Part shown: one piece after another, positions 40,452-49,975 of the stretch
How positions within the stretch are numbered: position 1 is the stretch's first letter
Layout of the letters: the number at the start of each line of letters is the position of its first letter
Source: an uncultured Bacteroidales bacterium
GTDB taxonomy: Bacteria > Bacteroidota > Bacteroidia > Bacteroidales > DASQZP01
NCBI GenBank assembly: GCA_963783315.1
Contig: CAWAMZ010000008.1
Span: 772,023-836,022 of the forward strand
Length of the DNA stretch: 64,000 bases
Direction of reading: 5' to 3'
The notes under the pieces: model-generated
The model's database searches: none
What the model was told of the DNA's origin: nothing
The model's input: only the letters and a program-made list of their open reading frames with translations
Made by a program: the position numbers and the translations under genes

Positions 40452-42458
40452 TTACTGAGATATAACGATATTTCTTGTTGTTGTAATTCTTTGTTCAGCT
40501 GACTGTAAAATCATTTCCAGCAATGATGCATAAGATACATTGCTGAAACCAGCCATTTTTGCCAGGTGTCCATCCCAGCACCAGCCGGGATTCGGATTTA
40601 CCTCAAGTAATTTAGGTATACCATTTGCATCAAGTCGCCAGTCGAAGCGGCAGTAGTCTCTGCATTCAAGCCTTTCTGATAATTTCAAACAATATTCAAT
40701 AATATTTTTTTCTGTTTGTTCAGGCAATTCAGCAGGAATAGATTTTAACGCCTTAAAATAAGGAGAACCAGGCAACCATTTTGCTTCATAACCGCAGATT
40801 TTTGGCAGTTCAGCAGGCAATTGCGAATAATCTTCCTCAACAATAGGCAAAACTGTATATGATTCAGGAGGATTACCAATGACCCCGACACTTATTTCTT
40901 TGCCGGTAAGAAACTCTTCAATCAAAACGGGTTTTTCATATCCGAATTTTTTCCGGATATCAAGGATTGCATCATTCAGCTCCTCAATTGTGTAGGCCAC
41001 ACTCCGTTGAGTAATTCCAAAGCTTGAATCACCAAAATTGGGTTTTGCTATTACAGGAAAGCCAACAGGCAATTCAAAGACATTATCCTCAGGTTTAATA
41101 AAAAAGGCTTCGGCTACGGGTATCTCCATTTCTTTGGCAATTCCCCTTACCAGCGACTTATCATAACAATAAGCCAGGCATTGCGGCCCTGAACCGGTAT
41201 AAGGGAAATTTAAAATTTCAAAAAGTGCAGGCAGGTGCAATTCCTTTGATGCAGCATTATCAAATCCTTCATCGCACAGATTAAAAATAAAATCGATCTT
41301 TCCTTTCAGTTTATTCAAATCAGTAATGAGCGAATTATGGTTATCCAGGAATGTAAACTTATAACCTTTGAGAGAATCCAGTGCGTTCCGGAGAGCATCA
41401 ATTGTATTGAAATCATCCTCATCAAAGACTGTAGATGGTTTGATAACATCAGGTTTGTGAGGATCGCCCATAACAACTACAACATTTTTCAGGTCTTTTG
41501 ATTTAGGCTTAACAGGAGTCCATTCTTTTGCAGCTATTGCTGTAACAATAATTCGCCGTTCCATCATTCCAAGATCCTGATTTCTCTGCGAATCTGGTGA
41601 TATTTCACCATGAAAAGTAATCTCTCCGAATCCGATATCACCAAGCATCTTTCTCAGGCTCTCACGGGTATACAGTCTTTCTGCATAGAACTGGTCAACG
41701 ATTACCCCTTTCTGTACATTGGTGATTACTTCTCTGGAAATCAACCTTTCATTATCCTCAGCAAGGGAACGTTCACGACAGACAAAATGCTTCCTGTCAA
41801 TCCATTCCCAGCTTCTGGGCTGATAATTATCTTTCAGATAACTGCCGTCGGCTACATCAATAAGAAATTCACCACCGGGTTTGAGTATCCTGAATACTTC
41901 CTTAAGAATTTTAACATCATCTTCAGTACTTTCAAAATAGCCAAAACTGTTGCCCAATATCATTATATCATCAAAGGTATCGACACCATAAGGTAACTTT
42001 CTTGCGTCACCCTCCCTGAAACTAACATTTAAGCGCTCCGACAGATTCAGAGATTTTGCCTTGCGTATAAGAAAATGAGAGCGGTCGAGTCCATGTACAT
42101 TTATATGACCCCGGCGGGCCAGTTCAAGAGAATGTCTGCCCTGTCCGCAGGCCAGATCGAGAATAGAATCATCCTTCTTTAAATTTAATATACTTTCAAA
42201 CAGATCAACTTCAGTGGTGGTAATTGATCTGTCTTCCACAACATCTGCGTCGGTTTTGAGATACATCGAATTAAAAATCCGCCGCCACCAGTCTGGTTGC
42301 AGATACCTCTCAAGGTTGTCTACAGGTCCAAGAACTGAAACAGCCGATTTTACAGATTTTTTTGATTGTCCGTTTTTTAATTGTTTTTTCACGCTAAATA
42401 GTATTAAATAGTGAATTAGAACTTTATCCTTAAATATAGCAACCTTTTTATATTGCAC
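40452..42458 (-). CDS. Fusion protein: N-terminal class I SAM-dependent methyltransferase plus C-terminal D-Ala-D-Ala-ligase-like ATP-grasp domain
   Basis: 668 aa ORF. SAM motif I ILDLACGQGRHSLELARRGH and post-I/II LILGNSFGYF. ATP-grasp region PVIAKPNFGDSSFGI...VLIEEFLTGKEISVGVIG...LLEVNPNPGW. The start is uncertain: the ORF begins at GTG 42458, an alternative GTG is at 42392, and the first ATG is only at codon 65. Confidence 0.75.
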   Translation of the reverse strand: MQYKKVAIFKDKVLIHYLILFSVKKQLKNGQSKKSVKSAVSVLGPVDNLERYLQPDWWRRIFNSMYLKTDADVVEDRSITTTEVDLFESILNLKKDDSILDLACGQGRHSLELARRGHINVHGLDRSHFLIRKAKSLNLSERLNVSFREGDARKLPYGVDTFDDIMILGNSFGYFESTEDDVKILKEVFRILKPGGEFLIDVADGSYLKDNYQPRSWEWIDRKHFVCRERSLAEDNERLISREVITNVQKGVIVDQFYAERLYTRESLRKMLGDIGFGEITFHGEISPDSQRNQDLGMMERRIIVTAIAAKEWTPVKPKSKDLKNVVVVMGDPHKPDVIKPSTVFDEDDFNTIDALRNALDSLKGYKFTFLDNHNSLITDLNKLKGKIDFIFNLCDEGFDNAASKELHLPALFEILNFPYTGSGPQCLAYCYDKSLVRGIAKEMEIPVAEAFFIKPEDNVFELPVGFPVIAKPNFGDSSFGITQRSVAYTIEELNDAILDIRKKFGYEKPVLIEEFLTGKEISVGVIGNPPESYTVLPIVEEDYSQLPAELPKICGYEAKWLPGSPYFKALKSIPAELPEQTEKNIIEYCLKLSERLECRDYCRFDWRLDANGIPKLLEVNPNPGWCWDGHLAKMAGFSNVSYASLLEMILQSAEQRITTTRNIVISQ

Positions 42459-43169
42459 TTAAAAGCAATCCGGCTACATCCGTGTGGCCATACTATAAAG
42501 GTAACAATATAATACAGGTTGATGTTCCCTGGCAGGTTTTCAACTTTTGAAATCTTCAATACCAATAATAAGATGGATATATAATCTGAGCAAAAATAAC
42601 ACAGCAATTTCTCTCAGGTCAGGCAAAACGCCACTGCCAGGTACCCCATATGGGGCATGGTTAGGGAGGCTGAATATCAACAGGCATCAGCTGGATAAAT
42701 TAAGTGAATACAGGATGAAAAGCATCAAAAAATTTATAATGTAAGTGTCATTGCTTACCTGAATCTTCAGGACATTTCAATGACCTGACCTTCTATTATT
42801 TACAATAATAAAAAGTCAAATTACCAAACAAAAAACTGTGTCAAAAAACTGAAACGAAATTACAACATTTTTGAAATATACATACTGGATAGAAAAAAAT
42901 ATTACAATCTGTATGTATCTGATTTAGTATTTATTACACATTAGACTGATGATTTTTTGATGGAATCCCATTATACGGATACAGCTTGTTTTACGTATTG
43001 ACGGTAAAAACATCAAACAGTGCAATTGGGAAAGTGAAATTCATGAATGACTATACAGAGAAATTAACTTTTAGAGAGGATTTTTTTAAAAGCAGCCGCA
43101 CAATACTATCATAAAAACGAAACTGCCATTTCTTATTGGGTAATCAGGAATTGAATATACTTATAACGA

Positions 43170-43391
43170 TCAGTGTGACCGGGAGTGTCCCCAAATAATA
43201 AAAAGCATAAGAGCGGCAGATACTGCTACATATTGCCAGAGAAATGCATCAAACAAGGCATAGAAGCTCAATTTCGGATGAAGGTGATGGTAGAGTACCC
43301 CGTGAAATGAAGCAATTATAACGCTAAACATCACGATATAAGAGGAAATATTAAAGAGTATATTTTCGATGCGAATCAGGGCACTTTTCAT
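43170..43391 (-). CDS. Hypothetical small membrane protein (73 aa, 2 predicted TM helices)
   Basis: ATG start and two hydrophobic segments. A TATCTTTG -7-like box lies about 45 nt upstream (plus 43435-43442). No recognisable family. Confidence 0.35.
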   Translation of the reverse strand: MKSALIRIENILFNISSYIVMFSVIIASFHGVLYHHLHPKLSFYALFDAFLWQYVAVSAALMLFIIWGHSRSH

Positions 43392-43501
43392 CTTTGAAGG
43401 ATTTGTAGTTATTAATTTTCTACATTCGGGTTTTCAAAGATAAAATATTTGATAAAATAAAAAAAGTAATTGACTAAATAATGAATTATGTAGACAAAAA
43501 A

Positions 43502-43602
43502 GCGGGTAAGCTACTCACATCGCACCGCTACAACCGTCTACCCTTGCTTCCTTCCGGATCTGGGGGAGTTCAACAGGAGCTGGTCGTATGAGACTTACCC
43601 GC
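43502..43602 (-). ncRNA. ffs: Signal recognition particle RNA (small/4.5S type)
   Basis: The minus strand carries the conserved domain IV core CAGATCCGGAAGGAAGCA (compare E. coli CAGGUCCGGAAGGAAGCAGC). Terminal helix GCGGGTAAG...CTTACCCGC, then T6. A promoter -7 box places the TSS at about 43602-43604. Confidence 0.85.
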
Positions 43603-43608
43603 GGGCAG

Positions 43609-43640
43609 CAAAAGTAATAACTTTTTTTAATCATTGCAAA
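43609..43640 (-). promoter_or_regulatory. Bacteroidota-type promoter for ffs
   Basis: Minus strand: TTTG (-33), 20 nt, TACTTTTG (-7, plus 43609-43616), ending 6 nt before the predicted RNA 5' end. Confidence 0.6.
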
Positions 43641-43817
43641 GTGCGTTTGTCTATTTTTAGATTAGGACGTAAATTTTCCATCATTCATTGTTTAAATTAC
43701 TGTTTTTTAATTATTTATAAATTTTATATTCCGGGTGTTTTTATATCTTCAGAATAAAAAATTCAATTAATACATCTGTCACCAGGTAAAATTATGGATG
43801 AAACTCCTTCGCCTGGA

Positions 43818-43846
43818 TTGATATTTACAAAAAACTAATATCTTTG
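43818..43846 (+). promoter_or_regulatory. Bacteroidota-type promoter candidate for the DUF4199-GT2-GT4 genes
   Basis: TTG at 43818-43820, 18 nt, TATCTTTG at 43839-43846, 28 nt upstream of the ATG at 43875. Confidence 0.4.
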
Positions 43847-43874
43847 CTCAGTACAAACCAAAAACCCTATTACA

Positions 43875-44402
43875 ATGGAAGAAAAATCAACTTCAGTATG
43901 GAAAATATCTATGAATTATGGCGCCATATTAGGCCTGGTGCTGATTATTTACAGTGTAATATTGTATGTTTTTGATCTCACAACTTCTACTCCTGCCGGC
44001 CTGGGGAGAACGGTATTTCTGATTGCCGGACTTATAATGGGAATGAAGGCCTACCGGGATAAGGTATTGAACGGGAATATGAGTTATGGACAGGCACTCG
44101 GTTTTGGAGTTCTGATGGCTCTGTTTGCATCAGTATTACTGGGTTTTTACATGTATCTTCTCTATGCCCTGATCGATCCCGGTTTAATGGAACGTGAGTT
44201 TTCCATTGCAGAAGAGAAACTGCTTAATAAAGGTATGTCTGCTGATCAGATTGAAACACAGATGAACATGGCACGGAAATTTGCAAGTCCTGCATTATCT
44301 GCGATCGGTACATTATTCGGAATCACATTCTGGGGATTCCTCCTGTCCCTCATCATTTCTATATTTATGAAAAAGGATAAGAATCCTTTCGAACAACAAT
44401 AA
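43875..44402 (+). CDS. DUF4199 family membrane protein
   Basis: 175 aa with 4 TM segments. N-terminus VWKISMNYGAILGLVLIIYSVILYV is typical of the family. The usual synteny upstream of a GT2 gene is present. Confidence 0.65.
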   Translation: MEEKSTSVWKISMNYGAILGLVLIIYSVILYVFDLTTSTPAGLGRTVFLIAGLIMGMKAYRDKVLNGNMSYGQALGFGVLMALFASVLLGFYMYLLYALIDPGLMEREFSIAEEKLLNKGMSADQIETQMNMARKFASPALSAIGTLFGITFWGFLLSLIISIFMKKDKNPFEQQ

Positions 44403-44447
44403 GAAGATACGTGCCGACTGCACTACTATAGTCTACAATAATTTAGC

Positions 44448-45395
44448 ATGAATATATCAGTAATTGTACCACTTTACAATGAAGAAGAATCGCTCGGTGA
44501 ACTAACTGAATGGGTTCACCGGGTTATGGATGAGAATCATTTTTCCTATGAGTTGATCTTTATTGACGACGGAAGTAATGACCGTTCATGGACAGTAGTT
44601 GAAGAATTATCAGCTATCAACTCAAACATCAGGGGCATAAAATTCAGGCGTAATTATGGAAAATCGGCTGCACTGTTTCATGGATTTGAACAGGCGACGG
44701 GCGATGTTGTAATCACTATGGACGCTGACCTGCAGGATAATCCGGAAGAAATACCCGAATTGTATGCCATGATTATAAATGAAGGCTATGATCTTGTTTC
44801 AGGATGGAAAAAGAAACGCTATGATCCTTTCAGCAAAACCATTCCCAGTAAGTTTTTCAACTGGACAGCGCGCAAAGTAACCGGCATCAAACTGCATGAC
44901 TTTAACTGCGGATTGAAAGCCTATCGCAATGAAGTGATTAAATCCATTGAGGTATATGGGGAGATGCACCGCTATATCCCGGTTCTGGCAAAAAAAGCAG
45001 GATTCACAAACATCGGTGAAAAAGTTGTCAATCATCAGAAACGTAAATACGGGGTTACCAAATTCGGGCTGGAACGATTTATAAACGGTTTTCTCGACCT
45101 GTTATCGATTTCATTCATTTCCAGGTTTGGAAAAAAGCCCATGCACATGTTTGGTACATTTGGTACCCTGATGTTCATCATTGGTTTTCTCGCTGCACTC
45201 TGGCTGGGCATTCAGAAATTATATTACCTGAGCCTGGGAATACCTTCCAAACTGGTAACAGATAGTCCGTATTTTTTTATTGCCCTTACTTTTATGTTAA
45301 TGGGAACCCAACTTTTCGTTGCCGGTTTTCTGGGAGAACTTGTTTCCCGTTCCTCCCATGACAGAAATTTGTACCAGGTTGAAAAAACCATATAA
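44448..45395 (+). CDS. Glycosyltransferase family 2 (polyprenyl-phosphate glycosyltransferase, GtrB/ArnC/DPM1-like)
   Basis: 315 aa. Contains VIVPLYNEEESL, FIDDGSNDRS and TMDADLQD, plus two C-terminal TM helices. Confidence 0.88.
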   Translation: MNISVIVPLYNEEESLGELTEWVHRVMDENHFSYELIFIDDGSNDRSWTVVEELSAINSNIRGIKFRRNYGKSAALFHGFEQATGDVVITMDADLQDNPEEIPELYAMIINEGYDLVSGWKKKRYDPFSKTIPSKFFNWTARKVTGIKLHDFNCGLKAYRNEVIKSIEVYGEMHRYIPVLAKKAGFTNIGEKVVNHQKRKYGVTKFGLERFINGFLDLLSISFISRFGKKPMHMFGTFGTLMFIIGFLAALWLGIQKLYYLSLGIPSKLVTDSPYFFIALTFMLMGTQLFVAGFLGELVSRSSHDRNLYQVEKTI

Positions 45396-45417
45396 ATTGA
45401 TTTAAAAGTAATTTCTA

Positions 45418-46569
45418 TTGAAAATAATTTTAACCGGCCCTGCTTATCCTCTTCGAGGAGGAATAGCAAATTTTAACGAATCACTTTGTTCTGCTCTTCA
45501 ACAAAAAGGAATTGACGCGGAAATTGTTTCATTCAGCCTGCAATATCCTTCTGTTCTGTTCCCCGGGAAAACACAGAAAGAAACCGAAGGGGCTTCTCCA
45601 CCATACTCTATTAAACCGTTGCTGAATTCAGTCAATCCCTTTTCATGGATACGTGCATCCCGTTATATTCTCAAGGCAGCTCCCGGTTGTATGGTTGTAA
45701 TGTACTGGACACCATTTATGGCGCCCGCCCTGGGTTCTTTGATCCGGCTGGTCAAAAGGAAAAATAAAAATATCAGAATTATTCCCGTTGTACACAACCT
45801 TCTCCCACATGAAAAGATTCCTTTCAGTACAAGGCTGGCAACTTATTTCGGAGGGAAGGCAGATACAATAATATGTCTCTCGGCTTCAGTTTACCAGGAA
45901 ACCGGAGAAATACTCAGCCATATTGCCCGAAAACAGCTGTATCATCCAATATATAACCTGTTTGGTGATATTGTCGAAAAAAATAAGGCAAGGGACTTTT
46001 TGCAGGTCAGTAAAGAAGCAAAACTTATTCTTTTTTTTGGAATTGTCAGGGCCTACAAAGGTCTCGATCTGTTGCTCACCGCAATGACTGATCCAGCAAT
46101 AAAAAAATTAAACCTCACGCTAATTGTCGCCGGTGAATTTTATGAGAAGAAAGACAGGTACCTGAAAATGATCAAAGACAATGCGCTTGAAGACAGAGTA
46201 ATACTCACCAATAGTTTTATCCCCAGGGAAAAGGTTAAATACTACTTTTCGGCGGCTGATATTGTGGTACAACCCTATCATTCAGCAACACAGAGCGGAG
46301 TCACACAGATTGCCTACCAGTTTGAAAGACCAATGCTGGTTACAAATGTTGGGGGTTTATCAGAAATTGTTAAAGATGGGAAGGCTGGTTATGTAACACC
46401 CGTTGATCCGGATGCCATTGCTGCAGCATTAAATGATTTCTATACAAATAATCGGGAGGCTGAATTTACCGAAGGTGTAAGAGAAGGAAAAAAATATTTC
46501 TCCTGGGAAAATTTTGCCGAAGAAATAATTGATTCCTGTAAGAATAACCATAAAAGAACTGAGGTCTGA
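45418..46569 (+). CDS. Glycosyltransferase family 4 (GT-B, Glycos_transf_1)
   Basis: 383 aa with a TTG start. The C-terminal domain matches the GT-B EX7E-type pattern (QSGVTQIAYQFERPMLVTNVGGLSEIV). Confidence 0.75.
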   Translation: MKIILTGPAYPLRGGIANFNESLCSALQQKGIDAEIVSFSLQYPSVLFPGKTQKETEGASPPYSIKPLLNSVNPFSWIRASRYILKAAPGCMVVMYWTPFMAPALGSLIRLVKRKNKNIRIIPVVHNLLPHEKIPFSTRLATYFGGKADTIICLSASVYQETGEILSHIARKQLYHPIYNLFGDIVEKNKARDFLQVSKEAKLILFFGIVRAYKGLDLLLTAMTDPAIKKLNLTLIVAGEFYEKKDRYLKMIKDNALEDRVILTNSFIPREKVKYYFSAADIVVQPYHSATQSGVTQIAYQFERPMLVTNVGGLSEIVKDGKAGYVTPVDPDAIAAALNDFYTNNREAEFTEGVREGKKYFSWENFAEEIIDSCKNNHKRTEV

Positions 46570-46609
46570 AACGCCAAGAAATCTCTATACACAAGATTTT
46601 TTAAAAACC

Positions 46610-47062
46610 CTAAAGTATTTTTTCACGAAGCATTTTCATCACCTCCCTGTCAACAGGGAAAGTCAGATCATCCGGACGGACATCACTAACCGGTTCCCAC
46701 CTGAAAGACTGACTCCCGTTAATCATTTTAAAATCAAAAGGTACCTCCGATATTTTGAATTTTATGGGGTCCTCAAATTCAACCTCGTAATAGATGCTGA
46801 TCAATTGATGATTAGGATAGAAAAGAGCTTTCTGATAATAATCAGTGGTATAGAAATGCCGCAACACGCGAACCGGCTGGCCAAATTCTTCCATCGCTTC
46901 CCTTTTAATGCAATCAATGGTACCTTCTCCAAATTCCAGTCCGCCACCGGGAAATTTTGTCATCTTCATATCCAGCATGAATTCATCACTTAGCAATACT
47001 TCCTTTTTATCATTGATGATAAGTCCGTATACCCGGATAATGAATTTTCCCTGCTCAAGCAT
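46610..47062 (-). CDS. NUDIX hydrolase
   Basis: 150 aa. Nudix box GGGLEFGEGTIDCIKREAMEEFG. Confidence 0.88.
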   Translation of the reverse strand: MLEQGKFIIRVYGLIINDKKEVLLSDEFMLDMKMTKFPGGGLEFGEGTIDCIKREAMEEFGQPVRVLRHFYTTDYYQKALFYPNHQLISIYYEVEFEDPIKFKISEVPFDFKMINGSQSFRWEPVSDVRPDDLTFPVDREVMKMLREKIL

Positions 47063-47090
47063 GTCAGATATTTTAAAAACAATGAATTAA

Positions 47091-47993
47091 CTATCTGGTA
47101 ATCTCTTCAATATAACCAATGATTTTATCAATTTGTTCAGGATGGAACCACCGGATTTTCTTGTTTTTGTTAAACCAGATAAGCTGCCTGCGTGCATAAT
47201 GCCGGCTGTTTCTTTTAATCAGTCGGACAGCTTCCTCAAGGTCCGTCTTCCCGTCAAAATAATCAAACAATTCCTTATATCCAACTGTGTTCAGTGCATT
47301 TTGGTGCCGGAAAGGATACAAAGTCCTGGCTTCCTCCGGCAAACCGGCTTCCATCATCTGATCCACCCGGCTATTGATACGTTCATACAATTCTTCTCTT
47401 TCGCGGTTTAATCCTATCCATACCGGCGTGAAGTCCCTTTTTTTTTCCGGTTTTGTAAGAAAAGAAGAATATGGCTTTCCGGTGGCAATACTCACCTCAA
47501 GCGCTTTTAATATTCTCTTGGGATTTTTCAGATCAACATTCTCATAATGAACCGGATCTGCCTTTTTAAGCATCGCACGGATAGTCTCCAGTCCTTCGCT
47601 TTCATAGACCTCAGTAAGTTCCTGTCGCAAAGTGAAATCAGCAGCCGGAAACTGATCAATTCCGTAACAAACAGCATTAATATATAATCCGGATCCTCCT
47701 GCCATCAAGGCATATTTTGAATGCTGATAAAGTCTTTCGAGTAATTTTAATACGTCTTCTTCGTACCGCCCGGCATTATAAGTATCTTTTATTGAGAGAT
47801 TTCCAATAAAGTAATGTTGTATACCCTGCATTTCCGCTAAGGAAGGACGTGCAGTTCCAATCATCATCTCATTGTACATCTGCCGGGAATCAGATGAAAT
47901 AACCGGTATATTAAAATGTTTAGCAATAGTAAGGCTTGCGCTGGTTTTACCCACGGCAGTCGGACCGGCAAGTACAATTAGATATCGATGCAT
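47091..47993 (-). CDS. miaA: tRNA dimethylallyltransferase
   Basis: 300 aa. P-loop GPTAVGKTS and SSDSRQMY. Confidence 0.93.
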   Translation of the reverse strand: MHRYLIVLAGPTAVGKTSASLTIAKHFNIPVISSDSRQMYNEMMIGTARPSLAEMQGIQHYFIGNLSIKDTYNAGRYEEDVLKLLERLYQHSKYALMAGGSGLYINAVCYGIDQFPAADFTLRQELTEVYESEGLETIRAMLKKADPVHYENVDLKNPKRILKALEVSIATGKPYSSFLTKPEKKRDFTPVWIGLNREREELYERINSRVDQMMEAGLPEEARTLYPFRHQNALNTVGYKELFDYFDGKTDLEEAVRLIKRNSRHYARRQLIWFNKNKKIRWFHPEQIDKIIGYIEEITR

Positions 47994-48031
47994 AAATTTA
48001 ACTCAGTTCGCAAATTGAAAGTCAGGTAAAA

Positions 48032-49114
48032 TTACAACTTGTTGAGTGAAAGTAAAAATGCCATTGTATCAATTCCGTCGGCATAATCCCAGGGTTCAGT
48101 ATACCTGGCACTATCCGGCTCTAAAGCACCGGGCAGTTCCTTATTGGTACTTACCAGTGTCTGAATTCGCTGTCTGTGTATATCCAGCATATTATTCAGG
48201 TGCTCCGCTGATGAATAATATTCATAGAAAAACACGCTTACAGGAGAAAACAACCCTGTATCTTCTTTCAGCATAAAAAAACCACCATCAAGATGTTTTG
48301 TCCTGTTTACAAGATATATAGAACGGTTATATTCATAATTGTTGATATACTTATTGTGATTGCCTAAATAGCTGTATTTTTCAAAGGCCTTAAAAAGACG
48401 GTCAAAATTGTAGCCTTCCGGCACAAAAAACCGGGAAACATTTCTGCACCCAAAGCCGAAATAAATAAATACATCATCACCAAGCATGCTGAGTTCTGAG
48501 TCGCTCTCATCCCCTGTCAGGACAGCCACAGAAGTACGTTTTTTACGAATGATATGCGGATACTTTCCGAAATAATATTCAAAATACCGGGAAGAATTAT
48601 CATTTGTTGTTGCAATAATGGCATCAAAATGAAGAAGTCTTTCCTCCGTAAGCTCAATTCTACCGGTAAATTCAGGCTCAATAGCACAAACAAGATCAAC
48701 CAACAGTCTCATCAAATACCTGTCCTTTGGTGAAAGCTTGCCACTGAATGAATGTCCCGACAACAACACACATAAAAAATCGTGAAATCCGGCCAACGGA
48801 ATATTACCTGCCATTACAACGCCAACTTTTCCGCGGGTTGCCGGTTCGAATTCTTCGTTAGTGTAATTAAACAGCCATTTTCTCAGTCTTTCTTCCTGCA
48901 ACATATAAGAAACGGCCCCTGCTGCATTTCTGACAAAGTCTTCCGTAAACCATGGATTATAAATGTGTGCATCCCTGATGTGCTGTTCAGTCTTTGCATA
49001 CCATTTATCATTCAGTTCTTTCAGACTTTGATCTTCGTTGCCCTGAAGTGAAAATTGTTTTAAAAATTTGCCTAATACAGTAAATGTTTCAATTCGTTGT
49101 TCAAGTGTTAACAT
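48032..49114 (-). CDS. Acyl-CoA reductase (LuxC-like) family protein
   Basis: 360 aa. Contains VVMAGNIPLAGFHDFLCVLLSGH, SSRYFEYYFGKYPHIIRKKRTSVAVL and FGFGCRNVS, which match my recollection of Bacteroidota LuxC-like reductases. Confidence 0.65.
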   Translation of the reverse strand: MLTLEQRIETFTVLGKFLKQFSLQGNEDQSLKELNDKWYAKTEQHIRDAHIYNPWFTEDFVRNAAGAVSYMLQEERLRKWLFNYTNEEFEPATRGKVGVVMAGNIPLAGFHDFLCVLLSGHSFSGKLSPKDRYLMRLLVDLVCAIEPEFTGRIELTEERLLHFDAIIATTNDNSSRYFEYYFGKYPHIIRKKRTSVAVLTGDESDSELSMLGDDVFIYFGFGCRNVSRFFVPEGYNFDRLFKAFEKYSYLGNHNKYINNYEYNRSIYLVNRTKHLDGGFFMLKEDTGLFSPVSVFFYEYYSSAEHLNNMLDIHRQRIQTLVSTNKELPGALEPDSARYTEPWDYADGIDTMAFLLSLNKL

Positions 49115-49150
49115 ATAAACCAGTTAATTTCCCCGGCTGAATATTCTCTG

Positions 49151-49537
49151 TCAGAACATGTTCTGCCAGGGCGCAAGGCTGATTGCAGCCCCAATGATGA
49201 AAAAGTAAATAAGAATAAATAACAGGTACAAACCTGATAAAATTGTTCCGATTAAAGCACAGATATATCCGGCATTCAAATTTTTATAGGAACCTTCGGT
49301 ATAATTGGAGGGATTAATCTTATAGAGTTTTTTATCTTTTGCTGAAAGTACAAGTGCGATTATGCCCAGGGTTACACCAACTATTCCCCAGCACCAGCAG
49401 GTAGCTATTGAGATGATACCAAGAACAAGCACTGTGGTAGAATTAGGCAATTGTTGCTGAATTTTTATTCCACCTGTATTGGCTGTGGAAGTTCTTTCCT
49501 CTTGTGGTGAGGCCGGATTGGTAGTATTGTTTTCCAT
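49151..49537 (-). CDS. CCC-motif-family small membrane protein (motif here is CWC)
   Basis: 128 aa. Contains LPNSTTVLVLGIISIATCWCWGIVGVTLGIIALVLSAKDKKLYKINPSNY. Adjacent to a DUF2752 gene, as is usual for this family. Confidence 0.55.
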   Translation of the reverse strand: MENNTTNPASPQEERTSTANTGGIKIQQQLPNSTTVLVLGIISIATCWCWGIVGVTLGIIALVLSAKDKKLYKINPSNYTEGSYKNLNAGYICALIGTILSGLYLLFILIYFFIIGAAISLAPWQNMF

Positions 49538-49547
49538 ATTTCTTTAT

Positions 49548-49838
49548 TTAATGGTTAATGATTTTATAAAGATAACTAATGATCACAATGCTGGTATTAC
49601 TGATAAACATATACAACAAAATGCGGGCACCATGTTTGAATTTAAATATCAGGTGTAAAACCAAAAAAATAAACATCATCAACACAGGTATCAGTGCCGG
49701 AAACAACAAAAAGCTCTGATAAAAATTACCTTTCAGCAATTCAATAAAAGCCCGTTGCATACCACAACCCGGACATTCAATCCCAAAAATACTTTTATAA
49801 AAGCATGCCTGCTGATGATTTTCGAGCCATTCAATCAT
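49548..49838 (-). CDS. DUF2752 domain membrane protein
   Basis: 96 aa. Contains CFYKSIFGIECPGCGMQRAF. Confidence 0.7.
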   Translation of the reverse strand: MIEWLENHQQACFYKSIFGIECPGCGMQRAFIELLKGNFYQSFLLFPALIPVLMMFIFLVLHLIFKFKHGARILLYMFISNTSIVIISYLYKIINH

Positions 49839-49923
49839 ACACCGAAATTTACAAAATAAATCTCTTAGTTCAGCCTCGTCAGATGATAATTATAAGCCGG
49901 TTAATGAATTATATCAGAAATAA

Positions 49924-49966
49924 AATAATAAACCCGGCAATAGTTGGTTATTTTGCCGGGTTTTTA
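49924..49966 (-). terminator. Rho-independent terminator after aconitase
   Basis: aacccggcaa-N12-ttgccgggtt (10-bp stem), T-rich on both flanks. It starts about 13 nt after the stop. Confidence 0.7.
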
Positions 49967-49975
49967 GAAAACTTG

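Noticed and set aside
42639-42679. GCCACTGCC ... hairpin ... GGGAGGC on the plus strand, reminiscent of the CCACUG / GGGAAGGC core of a cobalamin riboswitch.
   Set aside because: I could not find the other conserved elements: the upstream GGUG..AA.UCC region and a downstream B12 box ending in ACCUGCC. No plus-strand gene follows for more than 1 kb. I treat it as a chance resemblance unless a covariance-model scan says otherwise.
42416-42744. Track ORFs 42416-42607 (-) and 42547-42744 (+) in the gene-free spacer.
   Set aside because: They overlap each other on opposite strands in AT-rich sequence and have no recognisable motifs or promoter context, apart from the box assigned to the fusion gene. 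Their composition is not protein-like.
46529-46993. 154-aa plus-strand ORF.
   Set aside because: It is antisense to the Nudix hydrolase gene, which has a clear Nudix box. It is His/Phe/Ile-rich with no motifs.
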